Of a stretch of 64,000 nt of DNA, positions 12,501 to 25,800 are shown piece after piece. Within the stretch, counting starts at the first letter, position 1. Each line of letters starts with the position of its first letter. The stretch is from the NCBI GenBank assembly GCA_040954595.2, contig CM082585.2, forward strand, positions 12,080,341 through 12,144,340. Direction: 5' to 3'. Source of the stretch: Balanoglossus misakiensis. Its lineage: Eukaryota; Animalia; Hemichordata. The notes under the pieces are model-generated. The model was given only the letters and a program-made list of their open reading frames with translations. It was not told where the DNA came from and did no database searches. The translations under genes were made by a program, and so were the position numbers.

Positions 12501-13879
12501 AAAGAAAATATATACAACAATGCAGGCTTATTGAAAGCGAATACACAAACTTTGCTTTGTGAGACGAGCAGTCTATCACAACGCCCTCCAATTGGTGTAA
12601 ACATTCAACAATAGCCAGGTCATCTCAGGTCAGGCCCTAGTGGTTGGCAACGCTTGTTTACTAGTACAGATAATGTTCGCTGACCATCACTTTCTTTTAA
12701 ACCCACAAACCCTGACAGTCTTCTCACTATCACAGAAAGCTGCCATTATTTCCTTTTGCAAAGGGGTCTTAAAACTTTCTTTCTCAAACCCTGGGTTTTT
12801 GAATGAGTTGGCACTCCACCCTCTCAGACACAGCCTAATTTCGATGTTAGGTTTTGAATATCGCCGCTATCATCTCAGCTTTACAGCAAGCAATTATCAA
12901 CGGAACCAATACTGTGTGCATAGATCCACGACGGTGACCACCGGAAGCGAGTCCGCGTTTTTCTTTCTCTCCAGGGAAAAGGACTTTCTGATCACACCAT
13001 CTACACGCGCTTTTTCAAATACCTTTACGAAAACAATTTTGGACCAATCTGTTCACGACCTGAGATTTGCATGTTCACCATCTGTGCACTAACATTCTTA
13101 TACTCTACTTAAGAATGAATGGTTCTTCAGAACTAAACAAGCCACTACATGTACAAAGAACAAAGGAAGTATGTCACGGCCGAGCACCATCATGCATTCA
13201 AGGTCCTCCTCATTATTTCTATTTTAATCAAATAAGGGTTTGGGATCTGGCTTTGTGCCAGACACAGCGATTTTTTCGCCTCCTAATGTTCAACCTTGTC
13301 ACAAGGTTCAGGCTTTCAGATTCTTTTCTTTGCTCTATTTAGGTCAATGAGTTCATGCTTTATTTTTCATATAAAAGTTGGGTTACGATATAGTCAAGAC
13401 ACAGGCGTTGTACTTTTCTGTAGTTGATGGATGCGCAGGGACTTACCTTTGTTATAAACTCAGTGCTTAGGTCAAGTGGGCTTCTTCTTTCTTCTCTTTC
13501 ACATTGTGTCGCATTTTGACACCGGAGTTAAAGTTTGGAAACTGTAAATGGAGTAGATCCCATAGGCTTTCCTAATAAATAAATAAAAGTCATTTGATTT
13601 GTAAGTCATCTAATCAATTATGTTGTTATTAATTTTAATTAGCAATCCTATGAATCAGAAACATGTATTTTTGACCTCACAAAGAGACACACTGTGACCG
13701 TATATTGTTCTTGTGTAGTCCGCGAACAAATCAGAAGCTCAAGGAAACATGTGACTTTACCAATTTGCATTTGTGGGTGAGAGACGACTATAAAAAATCG
13801 ACCCTGAATAGTCTCAGACACATTTCTCTTCTTTCCTCAATGACAGGCTCTACATTGTACCGGTAGAAGGGAAAGAAGT

Positions 13880-16800
13880 ATGTCCAGAAAGTTGTTTTAT
13901 GTCTCAATTCTGTCCGTTTTGGTTGTATCCCTTGTATCAGGTACGTAATCAAAATCTCATAAAAGACCCCGAAACCTTATTTTATTTTGTTCTATTTACT
14001 AATTGCGTTGATTTATACTTCCTTCTTTGCAATTTCCTTTTGTTTTTGTATTGTATTGGTAAAAGCTGTAAACTATCACAGTCGTTTGCTCTAAGTTCAG
14101 AGAGTAAAATGAAAAAAATCTTAGCTCTGATAGTAAGAGTGAATTTCTGTCAACCAATACCATCCTGTTTGTCTATGTAGTCAAGACTTTGTTCTTACAT
14201 CATCGATCTCATGTCACATGAAACTTTCAGGCACAACCACTTCACCGCCGACTACAAGCCCCGGAGACGCAGACGGTAAGATTTAATCTGAACTTCAACA
14301 GAAATAACACGTATATTTTAAACTTCCCAATGTGGCACTGATTTTCTGTACTTCAATAGTTCTGTACTTCAATAGTTCTGTCTTATTGTCATTGCGTTGT
14401 GTTATTTTCTGTTGATCAGTGTCACAGTACCGCTCACACATAATAAACTCAGCCGACACCAGTTATGGCTTCACATTGCTTGTTTTATTTTCTTCCGCAT
14501 CGCCTGCATGGTGAGGGACGCCATGATGTAGGAGGGAAAAGAACGTACACTGAGTTATGGGTTCAATAAATGGGGTTTCAACAATCCACAGTAAGCTAGG
14601 GTGTCTAGTCATGTGACGCACTACATGGCCTGTGTGAAGCTTACAAAACTCTGAAAACACTAAATAAAATAGCTTGATATACCAAAGGTAGTCATATCTG
14701 TTTGTTTAAATTGTATGGAAACCACTGAACAACGATATATTGGCAGGTAAGTACGAAATGGTCAGGAACTGACACATGGGAATAACATGCACGACAATAG
14801 GCACTGCACACAAGCCTACAAATGGTAAGTACAGAGTGGAATAAAACTGGAAGAACCATGAAAAATATCCAACATCAAACACTGAAACTTTCAACGAGTG
14901 TTCTCAAAATGTTACTTTTGTCCGTGGTATAACATGGGGCATGGATGCCAACCTTTACATAGAAAATATTCGATAGAAATCTGGACGCTACAAATACACT
15001 TGCCTGCATGGTGAGGGACGCCATGATGTAGGACGCTCTCCCCCTGCAGGCTCGTGAGGGCGCTATGCATGGCAATGATCTCAACAATAGAAAAGTACTG
15101 CCCGGGTAAAAGTGGAAAAACTCCCGGCGACACTCTCCCCCTGTTTGGGAAACGGTGTCCTCAACGTTTTTTTTTTTTTTTTTTTCATCAAAAATTTAAC
15201 AATAACGCGAACATTTCAAAGAATTTGTTTTTGTTGTGATCTACATGAAACTGATTTAAACCTCGATCATAGGTCCCACACATTGTTCTGGGTGAGTATG
15301 TCCTGTAGCTCTGGCAACTATGGATAAAATATAAGATCCTAATCTGTCGGGTGGTCTCCGCTGTCTTTGTGGATATCGGCGAGGTGTTGTCTCTGGCTGT
15401 TCCAGGGTGTTGCTGTGATCGGTTGGCGGTGTATGTATAGTGGCGGGATTATCCTTGGATGACTGGTGTTGCCCTTGTGTGGAAGCATCCGGTGCACCAG
15501 GAGTACAAGTGGATGGTGTCACTGATATATGGTTATCTGGTGTATAACCGGTGGTCGGCATCTGGGCTGTCAATGGTTCTGGGCTGCTGATCCCTTTAGG
15601 CTGGACTGCAACTGCGGGTTCTTCCGTAGGGGTCAGCCCTGTGAGTTCTGGCTCGGCTACCAATTCTACCATGTCTCCTTCGGCCTCTGAATCACAGTCG
15701 GTCCCCCCAGCAGTGGCACAAGTGACTGGACCGCTGGCACCACCCACCACTGGCCTGGTTGGCTGACCTCCAGACTCCACTGGTAGGAATGAGCATAACT
15801 TGAGCATGTTGCGATGCACTGTTTTCTCTCTGTCCTCTATCTCAGACTTAACCACATAGACGGGAATGTCTGGTTGTTTCTTCACTACGATATAGGGTGT
15901 TGTTTCCCACCGGTCCCCTATTTTGTGTTTGCCTGTCTCTTTCAGCTGTACCAGGACTCTATCGCCGGGGGACAGGCTCTCTGCCTTTGCCTTACTATCA
16001 TACTGCTTCTTCTGCCTTTGTCTTGCTTCATCTGCATTGGCACTTGCTTCTCTGTAGGCGATCTTCAACCGCTCTCTGAGTGCGTCAACATAGTCTGAAT
16101 ACTCGACTGGCTCTTCCTTGTCCGATGAGGTGTTGAATACAAGGTCTACTGGCAGGCGTGGACATCTCCCAAACATGAGAAAGAAAGGTGAGTATCCCGT
16201 GGACTCATGCCTGGCACAGTTGTAAGCATGGGTCAAGGTTTCAACGTGCTCTTTCCAGTCGGTTTTCTGGGACGGATCCAGGGTTCCAAGCATATTGAGA
16301 AGCGTTTGGTTAAATCTCTCTGTCATCCCATTTCCCTGGGGGTGATATGGTGTGGTATGACTCTTCACGGTATTGGTAATGCTACACAACTCGCGTATCA
16401 ATGAGCTTTCGAAATTACGTCCCTGGTCTGCATGAAGGCGACGTGGAAAGCCGTAATGACATATCAGATTCTTCCAAAGAATTCTAGCTACAGTTGAAGC
16501 CTTCTGGTTTGGAGTGGGGAAGGCCTGGGCGTAACGAGAGAAATGATCCGTTACCACAAGTATGTTCTCTATGCCTCCTTTGGATGGCTCAAGTGTCAAG
16601 AAGTCAATGCATACTAGTTCCATTGGCTCGGAAGTTCTAATGTTGACAAGGGGTGCCCGGATGTTGGACGCCGTTTTCCTCAGGCAACAGCGCGTGCACT
16701 GCTCACACCACGTCTTCACCTGGACAAACATCTGTGGCCAGTAAAATCGTGCACGTATGAGGTCTAATGTTTTGTCCAGGCCAAGGTGTCCCATCTCACT

Positions 16801-19800
16801 ATGTAGCTTCTGGAAGACATCCCTTCGGTACTTACATGGAAGAACCATCTGGAAAACTTCAGCTCCTTGAGGTGGACGAACTTGTCTGTACAGTATGCCA
16901 TCCTTGACCTGTAGTCGGTCCCACTGGTAGAGCAACAGCCTTGTCTCTTTGGATTCACTCCTTAGTTGCCTCTGGCTGGGTTTTCTCGATGAGCTACGCA
17001 GGAAAACTGCTCTCTGAATTGACGAGTCTTCCTCTTGACACAGTCTCAACATTGACGGTGTCATACCGGGCAAGGCATCTGAGGCCGCCGCTTCTGGTCT
17101 CGACTCACCATCCACAAGGGCCTTGCTGTTCACCATACTACATACGGCTTTGAAGTGTTGAGCAACCTCTTCACGTGGCATCCTAGAGAGACCATCCGCA
17201 TTGGCGTTGTTCTTGCCCGGCCTGTACTTGATATCAAAGTTAAACATGGACAGCTGAGAAACCCACCGCTGGCCTGTAGCATCCAATTTTGCGGTGGACA
17301 TGACGTAGATTAGGGGGTTGTTGTCTGTTAGTACAGTAAAGTAATTGCCGTAAAGGTAGTCCCTCAGTTTGTCGGTGATAGCCCATTTGAGGCACAAAAA
17401 CTCTAACTTATGTGCAGGGTATCTGGTTTCTGAAGGTGACAATCCTCTGCTGCAATATGATATAACTCTGTCTCTGCCCTCCTGATTCTGGACTAGTACA
17501 GCACCTAGACCTTCTCCGGATGCATCTGTATGAAGGACAAATGGCTTCGAGAAGTCGGGGTATCCAAGGATGGGAGCAGACAAAAGTTTATCCTTCAAAC
17601 AACAAAAAGCGTCCTCACACTCGCTGGACCAGACAAATGGTGGGGCAGGCTTGGGTGCCTTTCCTCCTTTCACTTTCTTTCTGGGGTCTCCCGAAGTCAA
17701 ACGGTACAGAGGCGCCGCTATGGTGCTGTAACCCTTGATAAACCGACGGTAGTACCCAGTGAAGCCAAGGTACTTTAGTAGGTCCTTACGGTTTCTAGGT
17801 CTGGGCCATTCTTTCACAGCTTTCAATTTCTCTGGGTCCGTGCTGATACCGTCTGCCGACACTCGATGCCCCAGGTAACTTACTTCCCTTTGCAGAAGGC
17901 TGCACTTCTGGGGTTTCAGTTTCAACCCGTGTTGACGTAGTCGGTCAAACACCATTTGGAGCCTGGTAAGGTGTTCATCAAAGGTACGGGAAAATATGAT
18001 GATATCATCCAGGTAGATGATGACTGTGGAAAAGTTCTGGTCGCCCAAGCAAGCTGTCATAAGTCTGGAGAACGACGCTGGTGCATTTGTAAGACCGAAA
18101 GGCATTCGGTTCGCCTCAAAGAGTCCCATGGGGGTTGTGAATGCTGTCTTGTACTTATCCTTTTCAGCAATCTCCATCTGCCAATATCCAGAGGTAAGGT
18201 CCAGCGTAGAGAAGTACTTTGCCTGCCCAAGGGCCTCCAGCGCATCATCAATACGGGGCATGGGAAATGCATCTTTGATGGAACGTTTATTGAGTTCACG
18301 GTAATCGATACAGATCCTGGGAGAGCCATCCTTTTTGCGCACAATAACGATGGGAGACGCATAAGGGCTCTTGCTGGGTCTAATCACTCCCGCTGACTCC
18401 ATGTCTGCAATATGCTCTTTGATCTCTTGGTACTGCGTTGGGGGTATTCTACGGGGTGGTAACCGAAATGGCTGGTTGTCCACAAGCGGTATTTCGTGCT
18501 GGATGGTAGTCGTTCTACCGTAGTCCATAGAATGTTTTGAGAACACATCGGCATTCTTCCGCAGGAGATCCTTTAAAGCTTGAAGCTGTTCAAGGTTATC
18601 TGCTGCTACACCACTCGAATCGACAGGAGGGATACCATCCCATGCAGACTGCGTAGTACTCTGACATTGGGGTGGACTCAGTCGTGGAGGTGCATGATCA
18701 CGCCCGGACTGCATTGTTCTGCGGTTCCTGGACCTGCCCTGTCTAGTACTGTTTTGCTTATGTTTGTCTGATTTCCTGGGTTCCCTGAGGGCTGGAAGGT
18801 CATCCTCGCTCTCTACAGCATGCAACTCTGCAACGCAGGTCTTTGGCCAGATGACCAGGGGCTTAGACGAGTAATTACAAACTCTTACGCTTGTCTGTCC
18901 TCCGTCAATATCGGCTAGTACTCTGCCAATAGCCAACCCATCTGGAACACATCGAGTTTGCGGGCCTTCTATGAGTGCAGTGTACATCATCCTGGCGGGA
19001 CCCCTTGGCACACGACAGGGAATGTGGGCCTCTTCTCCTGGTGGTATAGTCATGGGCCGACGGCCCCTGTATTTTGCTTGACCTATCAATCCAGACTTCC
19101 CACCAAGCTCTGTTTTCCCCACTTGCCTATAGGCACTATACCATACTTCTGATGTCCGTTTAACTTGGCTATGGTAGCAGTGTCCATGTATGGCTCTCAA
19201 ATCGTTGCGGCTAGTACGTATCACATTCGTTCCAATCAACAATGGCACTTTCTTGCGATACGCTGTATGTGGGACAACAAATACCGGTACTTGCTTATAT
19301 GTCCGCCCAAGAAATGTCAAGTCTAACCGTGTCACACCGTAATGAGGAACACTCTGGCCTCCCGCCCCTTCAATAGTAATGTCTGCAGATTCCAATGTTC
19401 TACTGGATAGCTGAGGATGAGACTGCAGGAAGTCTTCGGTCACTGTGGTTACTTGGGAACCTGTGTCTACCAGGGTACTACACTTAATGCCATTCACTTC
19501 CACCAATGTCTCGTTCAATGGTCCAACCAATTGGTCTACCACCTCCACTCCAGATCGAACTTGTAATGAATCTGCTTTCTGTTGACGAGGGGGACTAACT
19601 GTGTCAACACCTGCGGAATGTCCCTCTTCCACAGGTTGAACTAGTTTAAAGGTGTAGCTGTATGATGTCCAGCACCACTGGGTGATCCCCTGGACTTCTG
19701 GATGGGTTTGGAACAACATCCCTTAGCTATATGTCCTTTACCACCACAACGATGACACACAGTATTCTCATCAAACCGTGGAGCTGGCTTTCTGTTAGCT

Positions 19801-22800
19801 GCTGCTGGATCTGGTTTACCAGCCGTACACATCGGTGTACTGCTGCTCTGATCAGATGGTTGTTTCGGTGCGTTGGTGGCCTTCGCTTCCAGTTTGGCAA
19901 GTCGTGCAGCCTGCTGTTCCTGGTTCAGTGCAATTTGTTGTAGTAACTGGGTGACTTGTGCCATGGACTGGTCGACTCCTGGTGTCTGATCTGGTATGAA
20001 TGACACCGACTGATTGCCCGTCTGATCATGGTTATCTCTCGCAAAATGCGGTTGAGTCTGGCCTTTCTTCGATTTGTTTGCTGTTTGCCTACCTTCTCTG
20101 GCTAGATGACGAAGCTCAGCCCTAAGTTCAGCAAAGGTCATTTGTCTCGGTTTCATAGGAGCCAGTCGATTGAAAACACTTTGATCGTGCAAACCCTTCA
20201 TAAACTGCTGGGTAAGTTTATAGTCTCTGTCCATGTAGGGTCGACCACGGTTCATTCTCTCCTCTACCTGTCGCAACATATCTTCTAGGGCTATTGCATA
20301 GGAGCTTGCTGACTCATCTGAACGTTGTCGTCTTTCATAGAAGCTGCCCATCGGGTCCATAGACAGACATCCCTCTCCATATTCGGCGCGCAATTCATCG
20401 AAAGCACGACTCAGGGTTTGTTGTGATGGTGGGAGGTTGAGGACCAGTTTCCTTGCTTCGCCACTTAAGTGTCGTATGATGGTGGCAAACTGCAGGTATT
20501 CTGGCATTGTACCGGCTTCGAATAAGTATTGGATGTCTCTGATCCAGTCCTCCACAAGCACTTTCCCATCTGGATTCCCGCTGAAAATCGGTACACCACG
20601 CACTTGATGTGATGAGTTCATTCTATACTGAGAAACGGGTGGTGGGTTCAAAGCCGGTTGGAATGATGGCTGTACAGGTGGTACTGCTGGTTGTGGACAG
20701 AAATATGGGGTGGACTGAAAGTTTGGTTGAAACAAATTACTGGAGGCAAGGAACATGCTTGGTTGCTGCATAACTGGTTGGCTGTGCGGGGTATTGGGAT
20801 CATAGTTACCCTGGTTCACCGGTCTGTGTGGGGTTGTCATGGTGATGGGGGGTTGTTGCGGAGTGGGTGTAACTGCTTCCCGTGGATTTTGGATGTCATC
20901 CCCTTCAACAAGGTCAAAGGTCATCAAATCGTCAACAGTTGTGTTCTGCATATTTGGTAATAAACTGCTACTCATGGGTTGGTATATTTGTACGGAATAC
21001 TGCTACAAACCACTGGCACTCAATGTACTGCTCTAAGCAGAGTTCAGTAAACACTGTTCTTTTCTTTCACAGTTCACTGTTCAAATGTTTGTCTGCAAAA
21101 TGTGTGTGTGTTTCTTTTTTTTTTTTTTTTTTTTAAAATGTCGACAGGCAAGTTCCTTGTGGAGCAGTCAACAACTCGCGCACAATACAGCAACTCTGCA
21201 TACACTGGACTTCCGCTGGCTGAATCAGCATACACACATAAACTGGATACGGTCGTAACTGTGGATCAATCCTGGTCTCGGCACCAGATGTGGCACTGAT
21301 TTTCTGTACTTCAATAGTTCTGTACTTCAATAGTTCTGTCTTATTGTCATTGCGTTGTGTTATTTTCTGTTGATCAGTGTCACAGTACCGCTCACACATA
21401 ATAAACTCAGCCGACACCAGTTATGGCTTCACATTGCTTGTTTTATTTTCTTCCGCATCGCCTGCATGGTGAGGGACGCCATGATGTAGGAGGGAAAAGA
21501 ACGTACACTGAGTTATGGGTTCAATAAATGGGGTTTCAACAATCCACAGTAAGCTAGGGTGTCTAGTCATGTGACGCACTACATGGCCTGTGTGAAGCTT
21601 ACAAAACTCTGAAAACACTAAATAAAATAGCTTGATATACCAAAGGTAGTCATATCTGTTTGTTTAAATTGTATGGAAACCACTGAACAACGATATATTG
21701 GCAGGTAAGTACGAAATGGTCAGGAACTGACACATGGGAATAACATGCACGACAATAGGCACTGCACACAAGCCTACAAATGGTAAGTACAGAGTGGAAT
21801 AAAACTGGAAGAACCATGAAAAATATCCAACATCAAACACTGAAACTTTCAACGAGTGTTCTCAAAATGTTACTTTTGTCCGTGGTATAACATGGGGCAT
21901 GGATGCCAACCTTTACATAGAAAATATTCGATAGAAATCTGGACGCTACAAATACACTTGCCTGCATGGTGAGGGACGCCATGATGTAGGACGCTCTCCC
22001 CCTGCAGGCTCGTGAGGGCGCTATGCATGGCAATGATCTCAACAATAGAAAAGTACTGCCCGGGTAAAAGTGGAAAAACTCCCGGCGACACCAATGTACT
22101 CATTTTGATTTGGTACAACTAAAGAAATAACAAACCAGCAGAGTATTCTGTTTCGAGATGATTTTTTTCGGTTTCTGCGTTGACATCTTAAGATTTATAT
22201 ACAAGTCGCACCGACAATTTGAATTCAGGCAATTTCATAGTTTATCACATTCGTTAATGTAAGTTTCGTGATGTCTGAACTATAAATTTTTCGCTCTATT
22301 TTCATTGACAGGGGCATGTCTAGGCAATCCTTGTGGCGATCGTGGACCATGTTACAACAGACCAACAACCAATGAAACGGCATCTCAATATGTTTGCGAG
22401 TGCCCCCAGACAACATTTTCTTCGGGGCCACTGTGCGATTCTGTAGACTGTAAGTATTATTTGTAAGTTGGTCATTAACGACCCGATTTAATTCAGATGC
22501 GCTCAGAGAAGAATTTTGGATTTTGATAAGAAACATCAGGTATTAGTGGATATTCTCGTTGTCTCGGTTTCGTGATCAAGAGATTATTAGGCGATGTTTT
22601 GATGTTAACCCACATTTAAAAATGTGTGTTGTGTCGTGTTGCGATGCGTTGTGTTGTGTTGTGACCTGATTTCTAACCACCGCATTCTGTATTCATTGCA
22701 CTATTTGATACAGACAGCGTCTCATTCCAACCCACCTCACGTTCCAGCGAAAGAATTTATCTTGCTTATAGAAGTGTAAGATAACAAAAGGAGCAGGGGC

Positions 22801-25800
22801 AACATTTTGAGATTCTCGATAAAATGGGTGACAATACTTAAGCCCTGAAGCCATGTGGGACCTTTCCTAGAGGTTACTGCACAACTCTTTGTTTCGTTGT
22901 GTAAAAGATTGTCAACAAGTCACGCTGTAGTCTCCCATTGACACAACTTACACGCCATATCAAAACACACTGACGTTTGTTTTGTCCGTTAAAAATGGCT
23001 ACTCTATCATCACTTAAATGGACACCATGTGCATTCTTTGTTTGTCATGAGAGGATTGGCTTGGCATGTGAACAACACGAGAAATTGAGACTGATAACTA
23101 GATAGATGAGATCATCATGTGTTAGAAAGACTCTTGACATCTAGAGCTGTTGCAAAGCTATAACAATCTTCCTTCAAAAGCAATTTTACAAGAGAGTCAG
23201 CAAATTTAAAAGCAAAACGTTTAAATGTAAGATAACCAAGAGATGTAAGATAAGGTTCCGAATTTCTGGTCAGATTGTTTACCTTTTGGAAAGTACATTG
23301 ATGATGTTTGACCCTGATTGCTACAGCCAAACTTTCTTGTCTGCTGCGTCACAAAGTTACACCGCGATGTGAAAAGTGTTCCTGATGGGCTTTGTGTTTT
23401 CACCAGAAGATGAGTTTTGAATGAACTCTATACCTTTGCTCCCCAGACATGATAAATGAAAAGGAAACTTGCTTTGGATGGGAATGCAGAGAGGGGTTCT
23501 TCACCTCTCCCAACTACCCGGAACCCTACGAAGCACGTCACAGAAAGCTCTACCTCCTCTACGCACCAGGGACAGCATCAGTCACATTCACAACTCACTA
23601 TAACTTCTCAGTGGAGGCGCACAAGGATGAGTTTTACATAGGACAGGGTCTGGACCATCCAACCATGCTCAACTTTGTCAACGTAACCACCGATACATAT
23701 GTGCAATACATTTTCCAGGGAGTCGAGGCAGCGCCCCCATTTACTCTCCCTGGCAACGAGTTCTGGTTTATTTTTGATACAGACAAAAGTGTTCAGGAAA
23801 TGGGTTGGCGATTAGACTGGGCCGCTGCAGGTAAGAACAAAATCTGAATATTAACTGGCCAACTAGCTTGTATTTAACACATTTAGTTTCTTGTTTTGTC
23901 GTTAGAATAGTTGTTTTATATTAAATTGAGTCAACCACAAACAGGTGCCAATGAAAAACAATATGCGTCACTCTATGTGAACTGTCTTCTACGCCAACAG
24001 AACAACAAAGTTTCATCGAAGAACCAATCGACATCACCGTTATGGAAGGAGATAATGTGACCATGAATTGTTCAGTCCTGAACAAACATGGCGTTATGTC
24101 CTGGATCAAAGATGGCAGCCTCCTCATTAACCATGACTTGGACCTCGCCACCGCCAGCTGGCACTATAGAATCATCAGCTACCAAGAAAATGTTGATTAC
24201 TTCTTGCATATGTGGAATGTAGAATCATCGTACGCAGGAACTTACATAGCTTATGTATCGGCCAAGTCTGGACACGCTGCTATACAGAGCCAATCAATTA
24301 CTTTCACGGTTTACAGTAAGTATTTTCATTTTTGTCTATTAAAAGATACTGACAAATGTTTGTCCAATGTGCTTCCAAACTGTTGTGTTTAATGCTATTG
24401 ATAGGTTTGAGTTCATGAAAACACCTGGTAGCGTGGATAACGGTTTTGGATGAAATTTAGTTTTCTATGTTTATTTGTGTCTTGTTTGTCAACAACGGTG
24501 TCAACAACACCAGAATGAAACACAGATTAAGAATGTGTGACTTTTGTCAACCTATCCACAGCACTGGCGATTCAGAGATTTATCGAAGAGCCAAGTGACA
24601 TTGAAATTATCGAAGGAACTGATACCTTCTTGAAATGCAAGATTGAAAACAAAGAAGGAACAGTGGTGTGGTACAGAAATGGAGTGGCGATCAGCAGTGA
24701 CACAACCATCACCAATGGCAACCAGCGTCTCTCCATCATCGGTGATCACTCGTCTGGTGAATATCATCTGGCCATCTTCGGATCGGTTCTTGCCGATGCT
24801 GGTGTCTACACTGTTCGAGTCACAGCTGCCGATAACAGTCCAGAGCTTCGGTCACAAGATGCTCGAGTGACCATCTTGAGTAAGTCCTGACGTCTCAATT
24901 CCTCAAGTAGTTGTCACGCCCTCTAACGGTATAAGAGTGATAGCAGTTCACTCATAGAGAATAAGATTCGAGAGATTCGTTCACTTTTCATGACCTCACT
25001 CTTGCTTTCTGAATCTTTCATTCTAGGACAACAGTATTTCATACGAGAGCCTGAAGCAACCGTTATAGTCGAGGGACAAACTCTGACTTTACACGTCACT
25101 GTTGGTAACCAACGCGGTGTACTCTCCTGGATCAGGAATGGTATGCAATATCTCAATTATGATCAAACTCTTGTGGTCAATGACGCTCGCATGTCTATCA
25201 GTAACCCATCATCTGGGGTCTTCGATCTCGTCATCACCACGGTAACCTTGGCCGACGCCGGTTCTTACCAAGTGTCTGTCACTGGCGGTGACAGGGATTC
25301 TCCGATTTCGTCGGCAGCGGTTCTGGTGACGGTATTCGGTAAGTAAGTCCCTGGATTCTTTTTTGTCTAGAGACAGTGAGTTTAGCAGTTAAGGTACTGT
25401 AGCATGTGAAAGAGTACATCCACCATGTTTTGTAGCCGTATGATAAGAAGTCTAGTTGCTTTGAAAGCAAGTTTCTGCAGTGAATCTCTGGATGAGTGGT
25501 AGCCAATGCAGAATGGCGAGAATTGGAGAAGATGACACGAAATACCGCGATACTTTGATAAGAAATACCATAGTTAACTCAACTCTAAGACGTCATTTGC
25601 GTTGCAATTGAAAATAGGCACTTTATCGATATTTTCTTAATCAGTATCAGAGGTTTTAATATTCAGCGTACTTTTTCAGATCTTGCGACACAGCGGTTTA
25701 TCAGAACACCAGAAGATTCCGAAGTGGCTGTTTCCGGTCAATTGATTCTCTATGCACAAATTGAATATCGGGAAGGCAATGTCATCTGGTCTCGGAATGG

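Larger units (their letters stand above)
14331..22090 (-). mobile_element. Full-length Ty3/Gypsy LTR retrotransposon, apparently intact
   Basis: Two 802-bp TG...CA LTRs, 4-bp TSD CCAA (14327-14330 and 22091-22094), PBS, PPT, and uninterrupted gag and pol with domain order PR-RT-RH-IN. Confidence 0.98.

Noticed and set aside
12372-13342. Several 67-150 aa ORFs upstream of gene A
   Set aside because: No recognisable motifs, splice structure or consistent frame.
15167-21134. Poly-T runs at 15167-15185 and 21115-21134 as retroposon tails
   Set aside because: Both lie in the untranslated regions of the Gypsy element with no separate TSD or body.
15551-21136. Many short plus-strand ORFs within the retrotransposon
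   Set aside because: Antisense shadows of gag/pol; no env-like or accessory ORF is evident.
22714-22775. Possible cassette exon between the EGF and CUB exons of gene A
   Set aside because: The best donor gives a frame-breaking phase and the peptide has no features.
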